DNA of 64,000 nt, taken from the NCBI GenBank assembly GCA_977017645.1, contig OZ360231.1:50344001-50408000 (forward strand), read 5' to 3'. The DNA is from Torpedo marmorata. Taxonomy: Eukaryota. Shown piece after piece: positions 24,743-35,029 of the stretch. The position numbers and the translations under genes were made by a program. The notes beneath the pieces were generated by a model. It saw only the letters and a list, made by a program, of their open reading frames with translations. It was not told the DNA's origin and searched no databases. The stretch's first letter is position 1. Every line of letters starts with the position of its first letter.

Positions 24743-27700
24743 ATGGCCGCAGCAGCCACTGATACAGCAGCTACTGATATATCAGCAGCTGACGCAGCAA
24801 CCGCTGATGTTGCTGTTGAGGACCAACGTATTGAAGACATGAAGGTTTCAGATATTAAAGAAGAATTGAAGCGACTGAAAAAGGACATAAGTGGAAATAA
24901 AAAGGTTCTTATTGAAAGATTGAAGCAGGCAAAGGATGAAGAGGCAGCTTCATTAGTGGAACAAGAAGATAACTTGGAAATGGCTGAAATTGTGTCAACA
25001 AATGATGAACAATTTGAATTGGATAAAGAGGTAAGTATGAAGACAACATATGAACTGCAGGACGAAATACAAGCAAGTGACAGTGTCTCAAATGCTGAAA
25101 GCAGGAGAAGCAAAAGAAGTTCTGGTTCGAGCTCCAGAGTTTCTCGTATTTCAAGTTCTACATCGTCACGTACAAAGATTGAAGTTGACTTGGCCGCTCT
25201 TCTTGCACAACAAAAAACGCTTAAGGATAAATTTATATTAGAACAAGAAGAGGAACAACTAAGACAAAAGGAGGAGCAGCTAAGACAAAATGAGGAGCAG
25301 CTAAGACAAAATGAGGAGCAGCTAAAGGAGCAGCTAAGACAAGAGGAGGAGCAGCTAAAGGAGCAGCTAAGACAAAAGGAGGAGCAGCTAAGACAAGAGA
25401 AGGAGCAGCTAAGGCAGAGAAAAGAACTGCAGGAGCTGGAAGCAAACATTGCTATTGCCAAGGCAAAAAAGAAAGCAACAGAAGGCTCAATGGTATCTGG
25501 TGCTAGCAGTAAATTATCTAAATTATCTGATAATAAAAGGTCATATTTAAAAAAGGAGTCACAGGAAAAGAAACCAACCAAAAGGATAGATATTTTAGAA
25601 CCAAGGATACAAAACTTACATATACAAGGTCAAACCTTTCAAGAGCATTTTGGTATCGAGTCACATGTACCAATGGTAACATCTGAAAGCAAAGCTGCGG
25701 CTTGGGTCCGATCGAACGAAGTAAATTCTTTGTTATATAAGCCAAGCATCAGAAATATGGAAAAAACTACACCAGTAAGGTTTCCAGATACATTGCATAC
25801 AACACGAGACAGTGAACAGAGCAATGTATTGTCATCCAAGGAAAGACAAAATGAAATTGCTGCATCATTGTTTCAGTTACAGTCTCTCTCTTCTTTACCC
25901 AAGAAAGAGATACAAACTTTTGATGGTGATCCACTTCAATATCAATCATTTATGAGATCTTTCAAACGCAACATTGAAGATAAATGCCAAGATCGTGATG
26001 AATGTCTTTATTATTTGGAAATGTTTACAAAGGGACATCCAAAAGAACTGGTTAAAAGTTGTAAACAAATGTCTTCAGGAAGAGGATTAGACAAAGCTAA
26101 GGATTTATTGGAACAATATTTTGGCAACAAACATCGAATTGCTTTAGCTTATATGGATAAAGCTCTTAAATGGACATCAATAAAACAAAATGATGTAAAG
26201 GCTCTGCAAGAGTTTACTCTGTTTTTAAGAGGATGTTGTAATGCTATGGAAGAAATCGATAATATTCGTGAACTTGAAGTGCATAGTAATATGCGAATCA
26301 TCTTAGAAAAATTACCTTACAAGTTATGGGATAGATGGAGAGATTTGGCTTGTGATTTACAAGTAGATTACCGTCGAAAAACTACCTTAAAGGATTTGGT
26401 AAATTTTCTTGAACGACGGGTGTACGTTGAAACAGATCCACTATATGGAAATGCCAGAGATAATTCAATGGGCAAAGATGTAATGAAGTCTAACACACAG
26501 TCTAGTCCGAAAGTGAAAAGGAGTACATTTGCTACTAATGTGCAAGTTATAAGTAAAGAAAATGACAAAGTAAATAAGGAAAAGGAAAGTTTGCCTAGTG
26601 AAAAGAGTTGTTTGTTCTGTAAAGGTGGACATGCTTTGGAAATGTGTTTACGATTGGAAAAGAAGGAACATAAGGAAAAGATCGCTTTCTTAAAAGAAAA
26701 TGGAATATGCTTTAGCTGTCTGTGTAAAGGGCACATCAGTAAAAACTGCGAGAAGCGAATTAATTGTAACATATGCAATTTGAAACATCCTAGAATTTTG
26801 CATATCCATAACAGAAACAAGGATTTGGAAAAGGAGCAAACAGAAACAAAGGAAACAACAGAAAATAATGTTATAACCTCGGTTCAGACAAGTGGTCTTA
26901 CTGGGGCCGGGGTGAATAACTGCAAACTTTCAATAGTACCTGTACAAGTCAAGGCCAAGAAAGGGGATGCAATAGTAAAAACATATGCATTTCTAGACCC
27001 AGGCAGCACTGCATCTTTTTGCACGGAAGGACTAATGAATAAACTTAATATTCAAGGAAAAAGATCAAGAATTATGTTAAAAACCATGGGACAAGAAAAG
27101 GTTGTTGAAACTAACATTGTTTCAGGCTTAGAGGTTGCTGGATTGGATGACAAAAAATTTTGTGATCTTCCAAGTGTATATACTCAGAAGACTATGCCTG
27201 TCAATGAAGGAAATATTCCTCATCAAAGGGATATTCATCATTTAGCTTATCTGTGGAAGGTTTATTTACCTGAAATTAATTCTGAAATAGAAATGCTGAT
27301 TGGTTCAGATGTGCCAAAGGTTTTGGTACCAAAAGAAGTAATAGAAAGTAAAAGGAATGGACCTTACGCTATCAGAACCATGCTTGGTTGGGCAATCAAT
27401 GGACCAATGGAAAGAAATAATGATTTTGCTCAGGAACAGGTAGCGATAAATATTAATAAAATTTCGGTTGAGAAAGTTGAAGAGTTAAGCGAAGAGCAAA
27501 AAACCGTGAATAAGAAAATCACTTTTGAAGAAAAGAAAACAGATCAATGTGAAAATAAATCAATGGTATTTAAAACAACATTGAAGGAATTAATTTCATC
27601 AGAAATGGATGAAAGTGAAGTATTAGAAGATATTGCAAATAATACTATTGATCATTCATGTGTAATTGAATCAGATACAGGAATAAAACAAGTGACTGAA

Positions 27701-28567
27701 AACAAATCTGAATGTAGATTTTGTAGTTCAGAGATTACAACAGACAAAGCTAATGAAGAAATATTACAATGTGATGTAAAACTGGAAAACACAGAAAATT
27801 GTGCTGATAGAATAAAGAATAATGTGAATGATAATTTAATGCAATTGAATCCAGAAAACAAAATGTTGAAAGGGGAATTGGAAATATTAGATAATCAAGA
27901 AAACAGTAAACAGAAAGATTTAATTGTAAGTAAAACTCGCAAAGTCAGAAAGCGGAAGAAAAGAATAACTGCTGAAGAAATGAATACAGTTATCGAAGAA
28001 AGAGATTCAGCATTATCAAAATGTAAAAGGTTGGAGGAAGAGATTAATGTTTTAAAAGAGAACAAGTTATTGGTTAATAACACAAAACAGTTGACTTTAA
28101 AAACCAATCAAGAATGTAAATTGAATGTTCAACAATTAACAATGCAGAAAGAATGTGATATTGCATTGCAGAAATGTAACAAACAAGATGAAGAAATTAA
28201 AAAATTTCAAGTTTGTCGCGACAGGATTGACAATAGAAATATCAATGTACCATATGATATTTTGACTTCAGATCAAATTATTAATTTCTCGGAAGGAGCT
28301 GAGACTGAATTGAAAGTTGCAAAATTGGATTTAGAATTGCAGGAAAGAGCCATAGAAACCAGAGTGGTTAAACAGACCTGTTTAAAATCGAAAGAATCAG
28401 ATAAATATTCAAATTCTAATTCTAAGAGTTTAAATTCTTCACATGAGAAGTGGAATACTGAAGAAAGGAATAAAGTGAAACGACATGCTGAAGAAGTGCC
28501 TCATGTTAAATTCAAAAGGAAAACTGTATCTATTTTGTCTGAAGAAAATTTGAGGTTTACTGATTGA
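24743..28567 (+). CDS. BEL/Pao SAP-Gag-protease polyprotein fused to MIPOL1-like coiled coil
   Basis: Uninterrupted ORF of about 1274 aa from aaaATGG. SAP-like MKVSDIKEELKRLKKDISGNKKVLIERLKQA; DUF1759-type FDGDPLQYQSFMRSF; CLFCKGGHALEMC / CFSCLCKGHISKNC / CNICNLKHPRILH; protease AFLDPGSTASF...LGWAING; then RITAEEMNTVIEERDSALSKCKRLEEE. Confidence 0.9.
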   Translation: MAAAATDTAATDISAADAATADVAVEDQRIEDMKVSDIKEELKRLKKDISGNKKVLIERLKQAKDEEAASLVEQEDNLEMAEIVSTNDEQFELDKEVSMKTTYELQDEIQASDSVSNAESRRSKRSSGSSSRVSRISSSTSSRTKIEVDLAALLAQQKTLKDKFILEQEEEQLRQKEEQLRQNEEQLRQNEEQLKEQLRQEEEQLKEQLRQKEEQLRQEKEQLRQRKELQELEANIAIAKAKKKATEGSMVSGASSKLSKLSDNKRSYLKKESQEKKPTKRIDILEPRIQNLHIQGQTFQEHFGIESHVPMVTSESKAAAWVRSNEVNSLLYKPSIRNMEKTTPVRFPDTLHTTRDSEQSNVLSSKERQNEIAASLFQLQSLSSLPKKEIQTFDGDPLQYQSFMRSFKRNIEDKCQDRDECLYYLEMFTKGHPKELVKSCKQMSSGRGLDKAKDLLEQYFGNKHRIALAYMDKALKWTSIKQNDVKALQEFTLFLRGCCNAMEEIDNIRELEVHSNMRIILEKLPYKLWDRWRDLACDLQVDYRRKTTLKDLVNFLERRVYVETDPLYGNARDNSMGKDVMKSNTQSSPKVKRSTFATNVQVISKENDKVNKEKESLPSEKSCLFCKGGHALEMCLRLEKKEHKEKIAFLKENGICFSCLCKGHISKNCEKRINCNICNLKHPRILHIHNRNKDLEKEQTETKETTENNVITSVQTSGLTGAGVNNCKLSIVPVQVKAKKGDAIVKTYAFLDPGSTASFCTEGLMNKLNIQGKRSRIMLKTMGQEKVVETNIVSGLEVAGLDDKKFCDLPSVYTQKTMPVNEGNIPHQRDIHHLAYLWKVYLPEINSEIEMLIGSDVPKVLVPKEVIESKRNGPYAIRTMLGWAINGPMERNNDFAQEQVAININKISVEKVEELSEEQKTVNKKITFEEKKTDQCENKSMVFKTTLKELISSEMDESEVLEDIANNTIDHSCVIESDTGIKQVTENKSECRFCSSEITTDKANEEILQCDVKLENTENCADRIKNNVNDNLMQLNPENKMLKGELEILDNQENSKQKDLIVSKTRKVRKRKKRITAEEMNTVIEERDSALSKCKRLEEEINVLKENKLLVNNTKQLTLKTNQECKLNVQQLTMQKECDIALQKCNKQDEEIKKFQVCRDRIDNRNINVPYDILTSDQIINFSEGAETELKVAKLDLELQERAIETRVVKQTCLKSKESDKYSNSNSKSLNSSHEKWNTEERNKVKRHAEEVPHVKFKRKTVSILSEENLRFTD
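25245..25420 (+). repeat. Coding tandem repeat (EEQLRQ/EEQLKEQLRQ)n in Gag N-terminal coiled coil
   Basis: Repeated gaggagcagctaagacaa units of 21 and 33 nt, all in frame. Confidence 0.9.
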
Positions 28568-28604
28568 CATTTTAACTCAGATTTGAAGATAAAAGAACTT
28601 TAAA

Positions 28605-28785
28605 GAGACATTATGATTATTATGGATAATTCAACTTCAAGAAATTCCTGGTTACTTGGAAAAGATTATTGAGACTTTTCAAGACAAAGAGGACTTGTGC
28701 GTCAAGTGCGAATTAAAACTAAGACTGGTTTTCTAAACAGACCTATTAATAAGGTCTGCCTTTTGTTGGAGACAGAGGAACTTTG
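28605..28785 (+). pseudogene. Remnant of BEL integrase C-terminal segment (DUF5641-like)
   Basis: With frameshifts it reads DIMIIMDNSTSRNSWLLGK/IIETFQDK/GLVRQVRIKTKTGFLNRPINKVCLLLE, the typical end of BEL pol. Confidence 0.8.
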
Positions 28786-28990
28786 ATAAATGTGATCTGA
28801 CTTTATTTGTTGTTGTATATTTCACAGGTTACAGACTTTTGTTGAATCAGAGTTATGGTAAACTCTAGATTTATGAAGAAGGAAGAAAGAAGATTTGTAT
28901 TGTTTTGAATATTATGGTTATTGTTATTTATAATTTATAGTGTAATTATTATTCAAGACATTACGTCTAATTATAATAATTAGGGGCCGG

Positions 28991-29621
28991 TGTAAGAGCC
29001 GTAGGCTCATTTAACTTACCGTTGTTGCGGCGCTCCGATGTCTAGTCGGGCCTTGGAGCGCTCGCGTTGTTCACCAGGCCGTCCTCGGAGCGCTCCGAGG
29101 CCACGTCGGGCCTTGGAGCGCTTGCGTTGTTCTGTGGGCCGTCGTCGGCCCGTTCTTTGATATGCGCATGCGCGGGAGTGCCGACGGGCGCATGCGCAGT
29201 ATGGAGTGACGTCATTGTGCGCGTGGGAGGCTGGGAGTTGTAGTATGCGTGGGGTAGGATGCGCAGAGCCATTAGAGAGAGAGAACAAAGAAAGGATAGA
29301 GATGTAGGAGGGTGAGTCTGGTCTCCACATCTTTATTGACCGTTTTATATCGTTTTATAATGTTTTTATAACTTTAACATCATCTACAGTGTTTCATATC
29401 GTTTTGGAATTGTTTAAGGAATAATTTAAAGGAACTCATCATACATCGTTTACAAGAACTGTTTATATTAAAGTCATTGAAGATTACTGCAAGTCATGTG
29501 TGAAAATAAAGGTTTTGAACATATTGGACTTTGTTAGTAAATTAATTAAAACGCGTCAAAAGCAAGGACCACACTTAGCCTCCAGGTGACTATTGGTGGA
29601 GCGAAGTCACCGTTACTTATA
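28991..29621 (+). repeat. 3' LTR of BEL/Pao element
   Basis: Direct repeat of 23666-24296, preceded by ggggccgg. Confidence 0.95.
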
Positions 29622-29626
29622 ACGTT

Positions 29627-30600
29627 CCTCCGCCTCCCTCGACCATACTTTAGCCGTCCTCACCACTGGTGCTGTGGTTTTCAGTCTCTGCTTGTACGCT
29701 GGGAGTAGAAGTACAGCCAGGTGATCAGACTTGCTGAAGTACGGTCGTGGTATGGCTCGGTTTGTGTTCTTCACGGTGGTGTAGCAGTGGTCGAGTGTGT
29801 TGGTTCCCTTGGTCTCACAAGTGATGTGTTGGTGGTAGTTTGTCAGTGACTTCTTCAGATTGACCTGATTGAAGTCTCCCACAATGATCGGGAAGGCATC
29901 AGGATGTGCTGTCTCATGGCTGTTTATCACAGTGCTCAGTCCCTCCAGTGCCAGCCTGACGTTAGCCTGGGGCGGAATGTACACTGCGACCAGGATGATG
30001 GCGGTGAACTCCCTCGGCAGATAGAATGGGCGACACTTGATTGCCAGATGTTCCAGGTCGGGGGAGCAGGACTGGGACATGACCGTCATGTCTGTGCACC
30101 ACGATGAATTGATGATGACACACACGCCGCCTCCCCTGGTTTTTCCAGACGCCGGTGTTCGGTCAGCGCGATGGAGGGTGTAGCCCTTGGGCTATAGCGC
30201 CGTGTCCGGAATGTCCTCGTTTAGCCACGTTTCTGTAAAGCACATCACGCAGCACTCCCTGATGACTCTCTGATGTTGAAGTCTGGCATGGAGTTCATCA
30301 AGTTTGTTCTCCAAGGATTGTACGTTGGCCAGGAGGATAGTAGGGAGCGGAAGCTTCAGGTCCCCGTGTCTCAGCTTGACTTGTAGCCCCCCTCTGCGTC
30401 CACGTGGTCGGGGCTTCTTTACCTGGCCCGTGGGTCCACTGCCGGTAGGTCCCACAGTGTTTAAACGGTCTGTGCGCTGTCCCTTTAAATCCTGCGCGAT
30501 TTGTAAGTGTGCTGAGCGCCTGCTGTCTGTGACTCCCGCGAAGTTTAAATGGCCCGTTCTCTGGCTGTTTAAATGTCCTGCGGTGTTGCTGCTGTACTTA
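29627..30600 (-). mobile_element. Rex1/Babar LINE, 5' half with APE endonuclease
   Basis: RGRRGGLQVKL..LPTILLANVQSLENKLDEL..CFTETWL..VYIPP..GDFNQ..TLDHCY..SDH..WSREAEER, which joins LQDCFESVDW across the BEL insertion. Confidence 0.9.
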
Positions 30601-31035
30601 CTGTGCACAATATTCCAAATGCAACCTAATCAATGTTTTGGCTGCAACATGACTGACCTCTGTCACATCCTGATCACATGTGTGACTATCATCTTCACTA
30701 TCCTTCAAGCCTAATACTGTCCAGTGAATTACTATGGTGCATAAAAGAACCTGAAAGTGGCACAAATTTCCATGAGGAAAAATATTTTTCATTTGCACGA
30801 TGTTGAAAAAAGCCCAGCAGTTTGCTAATTATTTTTTTTCTTTCTATTACAATACATTAATGTACCAACATTGCAGAGTTGACCCTTCAGTGACATCATT
30901 AATAAGAAGCAATGAATTCAAATGTGACCACATATTATTCAATTAAAATCACATTTCAAATGACACCAAACTACTATCTATTGGTCGCAGGTTGAACGCA
31001 GTTTCCAACATTCAGTGAACAGTTTCCAACATTCA

Positions 31036-31294
31036 GGGGCGGCATGGTTAGCGTAGCGGTTAGCGCAACGCTGATAGAGCGCCAGCGATCGGGACTGGGG
31101 TTCGAATCCCGTGCTGTCTGTAAGGAGTTTATACGTTCTCCCCGTGTCTGCGTGGGTTTCCTCCGGGGGCTCCGGTTTCCTTCCACTGTTCAAAACGTAG
31201 CGGGGGTTGTAGGTTAATTGGGTGTTATTGGGTGGCACGGGCTCCTGGGCCGGAAGGGCCTATTACCGCGCTGTATGTCTAAATTTATAAATTT
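31036..31294 (+). mobile_element. tRNA-derived SINE with CR1-like tail
   Basis: ggcggcatggttagcgtagcggttagc...gggttcgaatccc (A and B boxes); same core and tail as the other copies. Confidence 0.9.
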
Positions 31295-31839
31295 AGTGAA
31301 GTGAAAAGAATTGAGTGTGTGCAGTCGAATACATCCAGCAGCCAATACTTTTGCATGGTCAATACCAGTAACCAACATTAACTTTCTTCCTGAATGTTCA
31401 GAACGATTATTTCAGAAATATTCAAAATAATTATAAAAGATTTAGATGGAAATAGACAAGCCATGCAATGTCATTATTTTCATGAAAAACGTGACATTTT
31501 CATTCAACACATCACAACAAATTAGGCATAACAATTTGACAAACATGTTACGGCCAAGCACAGCCTCTAGGTTTCTCAGAGTAGGTGTGCTGCCTAAATA
31601 CGCCAACAAGATAAGTAAAATTTTAAAATTGCCTCATTTCATATCCATTTTGCTAAAATTTACATGCAAGAAAGTGCACTGATCTGTCAAATACATTTTA
31701 GACAGAAGTGAACTGCACAACCATTGAATTATAAGTGTCAAGTGGTATTTTAGAATGTGTTCTAAATCCTTGTCAAATGTCATTTACAGTTGTATTTACA
31801 GATATCCTAAATTCACAAAAGCACAAATATTGCCAAAGT

Positions 31840-31930
31840 ATCTACAATGTCAGGAACTACCATCTTAGTAAGTTTAGATCATGAGATTTCAATGAATATC
31901 CTAGGTCAAGATTAAACTAGGTTGGTTCAA
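31840..31930 (-). pseudogene. Decayed copy of repeat exon
   Basis: Flanks are homologous (gcacaaatattg..aagta / ggaatccagatgcaaaatc) but the donor is mutated (gtatct instead of gtacct) and the acceptor is lost. Confidence 0.5.
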
Positions 31931-32441
31931 GGGGTTAAAATGGAATCCAGATGCAAAATCCTTATCGACTCAGTAAAAGAATCCTTGTGGATCTTGATGA
32001 ACAACTAATTAATTCAATATTATTCCAAATAATTCATGTAAGAGTACACTGATCATTAATGAGTACATGAAGTAACATCATTTCAATTGCATGAAACTTA
32101 ATTATCATTCAATAACCTTCTTAACAAAGCAATCCTAACCAGCAGATAGCACGTTTACATCTAAGCAGTGAACTCAACAAAATATGAACATTAACCCAAC
32201 AAAAATAAGCAAAATACATAAAACACTGGAAATTTGCAATGGTTGCTCATGTCATTTGTGCAGTGTGACAACATTGAATAAGCTGCAAGCAATATGGTGA
32301 ACTGACAATCATAAATGCTTGACACACAAGTGATCCAAACACTCACATCACTGTACAAGCATGACATAGCCTCTGCTGCATATGCCCCATATTTCCACCA
32401 CTTTAACACAAGATCTAAGGCACAGATATTGTTTAAGGTAC

Positions 32442-32582
32442 CTGTAACTTCAGTATCTCTTATCTTAGCATGCTCAGGTTCTGGAATTGGATTGGTCACA
32501 TTAGGAATATCAGTGGCTGGCAGCTCACCGACAGGTATTAAACTGAACACGTTAGCAGCGTCTGAGATTTTCACTCTGCGGT
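32442..32582 (-). CDS. Repeat-exon gene, 141-nt exon (DRRVKISDAANVFSLIPVGELPATDIPNVTNPIPEPEHAKIRDTEVT)
   Basis: ttctttcttatcccttcAG ... acag|GTacct; 141 nt, open. Confidence 0.85.
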
Positions 32583-33164
32583 CTGAAGGGATAAGAAAGA
32601 AGCTGGATACAAAATTCTGTTCATCCCAAGAAGATTACAAGCTGTTTTAATGGATAACATTGAATTACAGGACATTATGGTGTACCAAATTAGCACAATT
32701 TGTCTTATTCTTTCAATATAATTTATATGGATGAAATGAGATGAAAATGATATCATTCTTATAGTACGAACCAATGTGTAAGATAGCATTTTGCCTGATT
32801 AATTCAATATAATAAGCAGTGATACACTAACATACATTGTTCCTGCTACTCAAAGGTATTTCACCATTCAATACACTTTACAGGTGATTGACAAATTATC
32901 AAAGTCAAATAATCCAAAACATATTTTAAATATTGCTTGATTCCAAAATATATCTAGTGAATATTGCAGTTAATCATACTTTGGCACCACACTGGAATTA
33001 GTTGCATGCACTGACTATCAAATGCACTTTACTTATGTGTAACCCAAACACCCATTGGACTACATAGCCTAATTTTCTGTCACATTGGTATCGACCTCAA
33101 TATGTGCATTTCAATTATTCTATTCCTCAGTCCACACTTAAGGCATAAATATGGTCAGCAGCAA

Positions 33165-33300
33165 CCTAACTTTAGCATCTCTATTTTAGAATCTTCAGGT
33201 TTAGGTATGGGATTGCATTTGTAATGTCAGTAGCTGGCATCTTTCAATCTGAAATTATATTGAACATGTGAGGAGTATCACAGGTTGTGATCTCGTGGAT
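33165..33300 (-). pseudogene. Decayed copy of repeat exon
   Basis: Homologous body, but the acceptor reads cccttaaatcc (no AG) and there are small deletions near the donor. Confidence 0.65.
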
Positions 33301-33946
33301 TTAAGGGATAAGAAGGAAACTAGATACAACATTTTAATCTCTCATGAAACAACAATGTTCTTTTGATAATTAAAAATAATTTTGTTTTCCATGACATCAT
33401 TAAACTGTGAAAATGTTTTACTCTTTTTCTTATATATTCAAGTGGAACATAGGTATCAAACTAATCCTATATCCAAACCTGAACAGTCCAAGATAGGGAT
33501 GCTAAGGTTACAGGTGCTGCTGACTGTATTTATGTTAAAAAATTAATTGAATAGTCATCAAAAAATAAATTTCATAAGAGTGGTATAGCAACTTCATGCA
33601 GCCTATTTTTTCTACAATTTCAATGCTAATTATCCCTGAATACCAAATTTCATGACTTGTTCATGACAATAAATTCTGATTCTGATTCTAATTCTGATAA
33701 TCATCACAAAGTCATGACCACAATTGGCTGGCAATCTGCAACCCAGCTTGAAACTCAAGAGAAAAGTACAATGAGAATAAACATAAGCAAACTACATGAC
33801 ATTCCATGAGATATGCAGTGGATTGACTATTCTCTATATATTACATTCTGGCTAATAATATACTTTACACAAACACCAACAAAATACTCTGAATTTTATT
33901 AACTTTAGTACAAATCTCAAAACCAAATGCTCATTGATGTTAGTAC

Positions 33947-34081
33947 CTGCAATTTCAGTATCCCTTAACTTAACATGCTCAGTTTCTGTTATTGGATTGA
34001 TCACATTGGAAGTATCAGTGACTATCAGCTCATGATCTGGCGTTAAAGTAACCACATTAGGCGAATGAAGCACCAAATGGT
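33947..34081 (-). CDS. Repeat-exon gene, 135-nt exon (DHLVLHSPNVVTLTPDHELIVTDTSNVINPITETEHVKLRDTEIA)
   Basis: ctttctaacccttcAG ... gcag|GTacta; 135 nt (6-nt in-frame deletion), open. Confidence 0.85.
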
Positions 34082-34739
34082 CTGAAGGGTTAGAAAGGAA
34101 GCCAGATATTAAATTCTTATTCTCTCAAGGTGGTTACATTTGGAGTTGTATAAATGAGTAATCGAAAATTATTAAATATCATTATTATGTTGCAATATAA
34201 TTAAGCTAACTTTTTAAATAAAATTAAGTTAAATGGAATGAAACATAACCACAAAGGACACAATACTGAAGTATGCATAACGTAATATCTTATTTAACAA
34301 TGTTATTCAAAAAAGTGATAAAGCAACATTCTCCATGCAGCTCTTTTTACTACATACAAACACACATACAAATTTCTCATCCAATAACAAACTTAAAGTG
34401 TTATAGCTATGATAGGTTAATACACTGTTCAATTCTAAATGCAATAAAATAAGGGAGTTAGCTAAATACTTCAACAACAAGCAAAATGTTTTTAATTCCA
34501 GGAGGTCTGCATTAGATTGCATGGATTCATTCATCTAATTTGTCTCTCAACTTGAGGTTATGTACCAACTATCACACTCACTTTACACTCAAGATGAACA
34601 AAGATTTAACTGAAACGTTGTGGGAAAGAAAGATATTACAGAAGAAAACTAATTTTCTGATACTTTACATCAAATCTTATCCTGCACACAAGTATTTCCT
34701 AATCCTCAGTTTACACTCAAAGCAGAAATATTGGTGGAG

Positions 34740-34830
34740 GTTCTCGAGAAGTCAGTTTTTCTTATAGAGAGCTTCTGATTTTGGGAATACTGGACAGGTT
34801 AGGAGTGCCAGAGACTGGCACCTTACAACC
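34740..34830 (-). pseudogene. Decayed short copy of repeat exon
   Basis: ttaggagtgccagagactggcacc core and the ggataagaaag..gccaaata flank remain, but both splice sites are destroyed. Confidence 0.55.
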
Positions 34831-35029
34831 GGAGAGGATAAGAAAGTAGCCAAATAAACATTGTTAAGTCTTTCTTGAAGATAATGCCAGTGTTGTTTTG
34901 AAGGATATAATTGAATCATTGGCCAGTGTTAAACAAGTAAGCATTAAAATGTAACTATGAATTATTACAGAATCATCTAAATGTATTTGTTGATTATTTC
35001 AATTTTAGTCAAAATATCACCTGGTCAAC

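Larger units (their letters stand above)
23666..29621 (+). mobile_element. BEL/Pao LTR retrotransposon, full-length but non-autonomous (pol replaced)
   Basis: 631-bp direct LTRs (tgtaag...cttata); 5-bp TSD ACGTT at 23661-23665 and 29622-29626; PPT-like taggggccgg before the 3' LTR; Gag with three Cys/His knuckles and an aspartic protease; no RT motifs. Confidence 0.95.

Noticed and set aside
24637-25581. 314-aa minus-strand Ser/Cys-rich ORF
   Set aside because: Antisense shadow of the EEQLRQ repeat and Gag coding strand.
31036-31115. tRNA gene
   Set aside because: The A/B-box head continues into a SINE core and CR1-like tail and occurs three times; it is a SINE, not a tRNA.
32315-32650. Plus-strand ORFs over the repeat exons (VPVTSVSLILA..GIGLITLG; also 37905, 43782, 45264)
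   Set aside because: Antisense reading of the exons; splice signals and frame conservation are on the minus strand.
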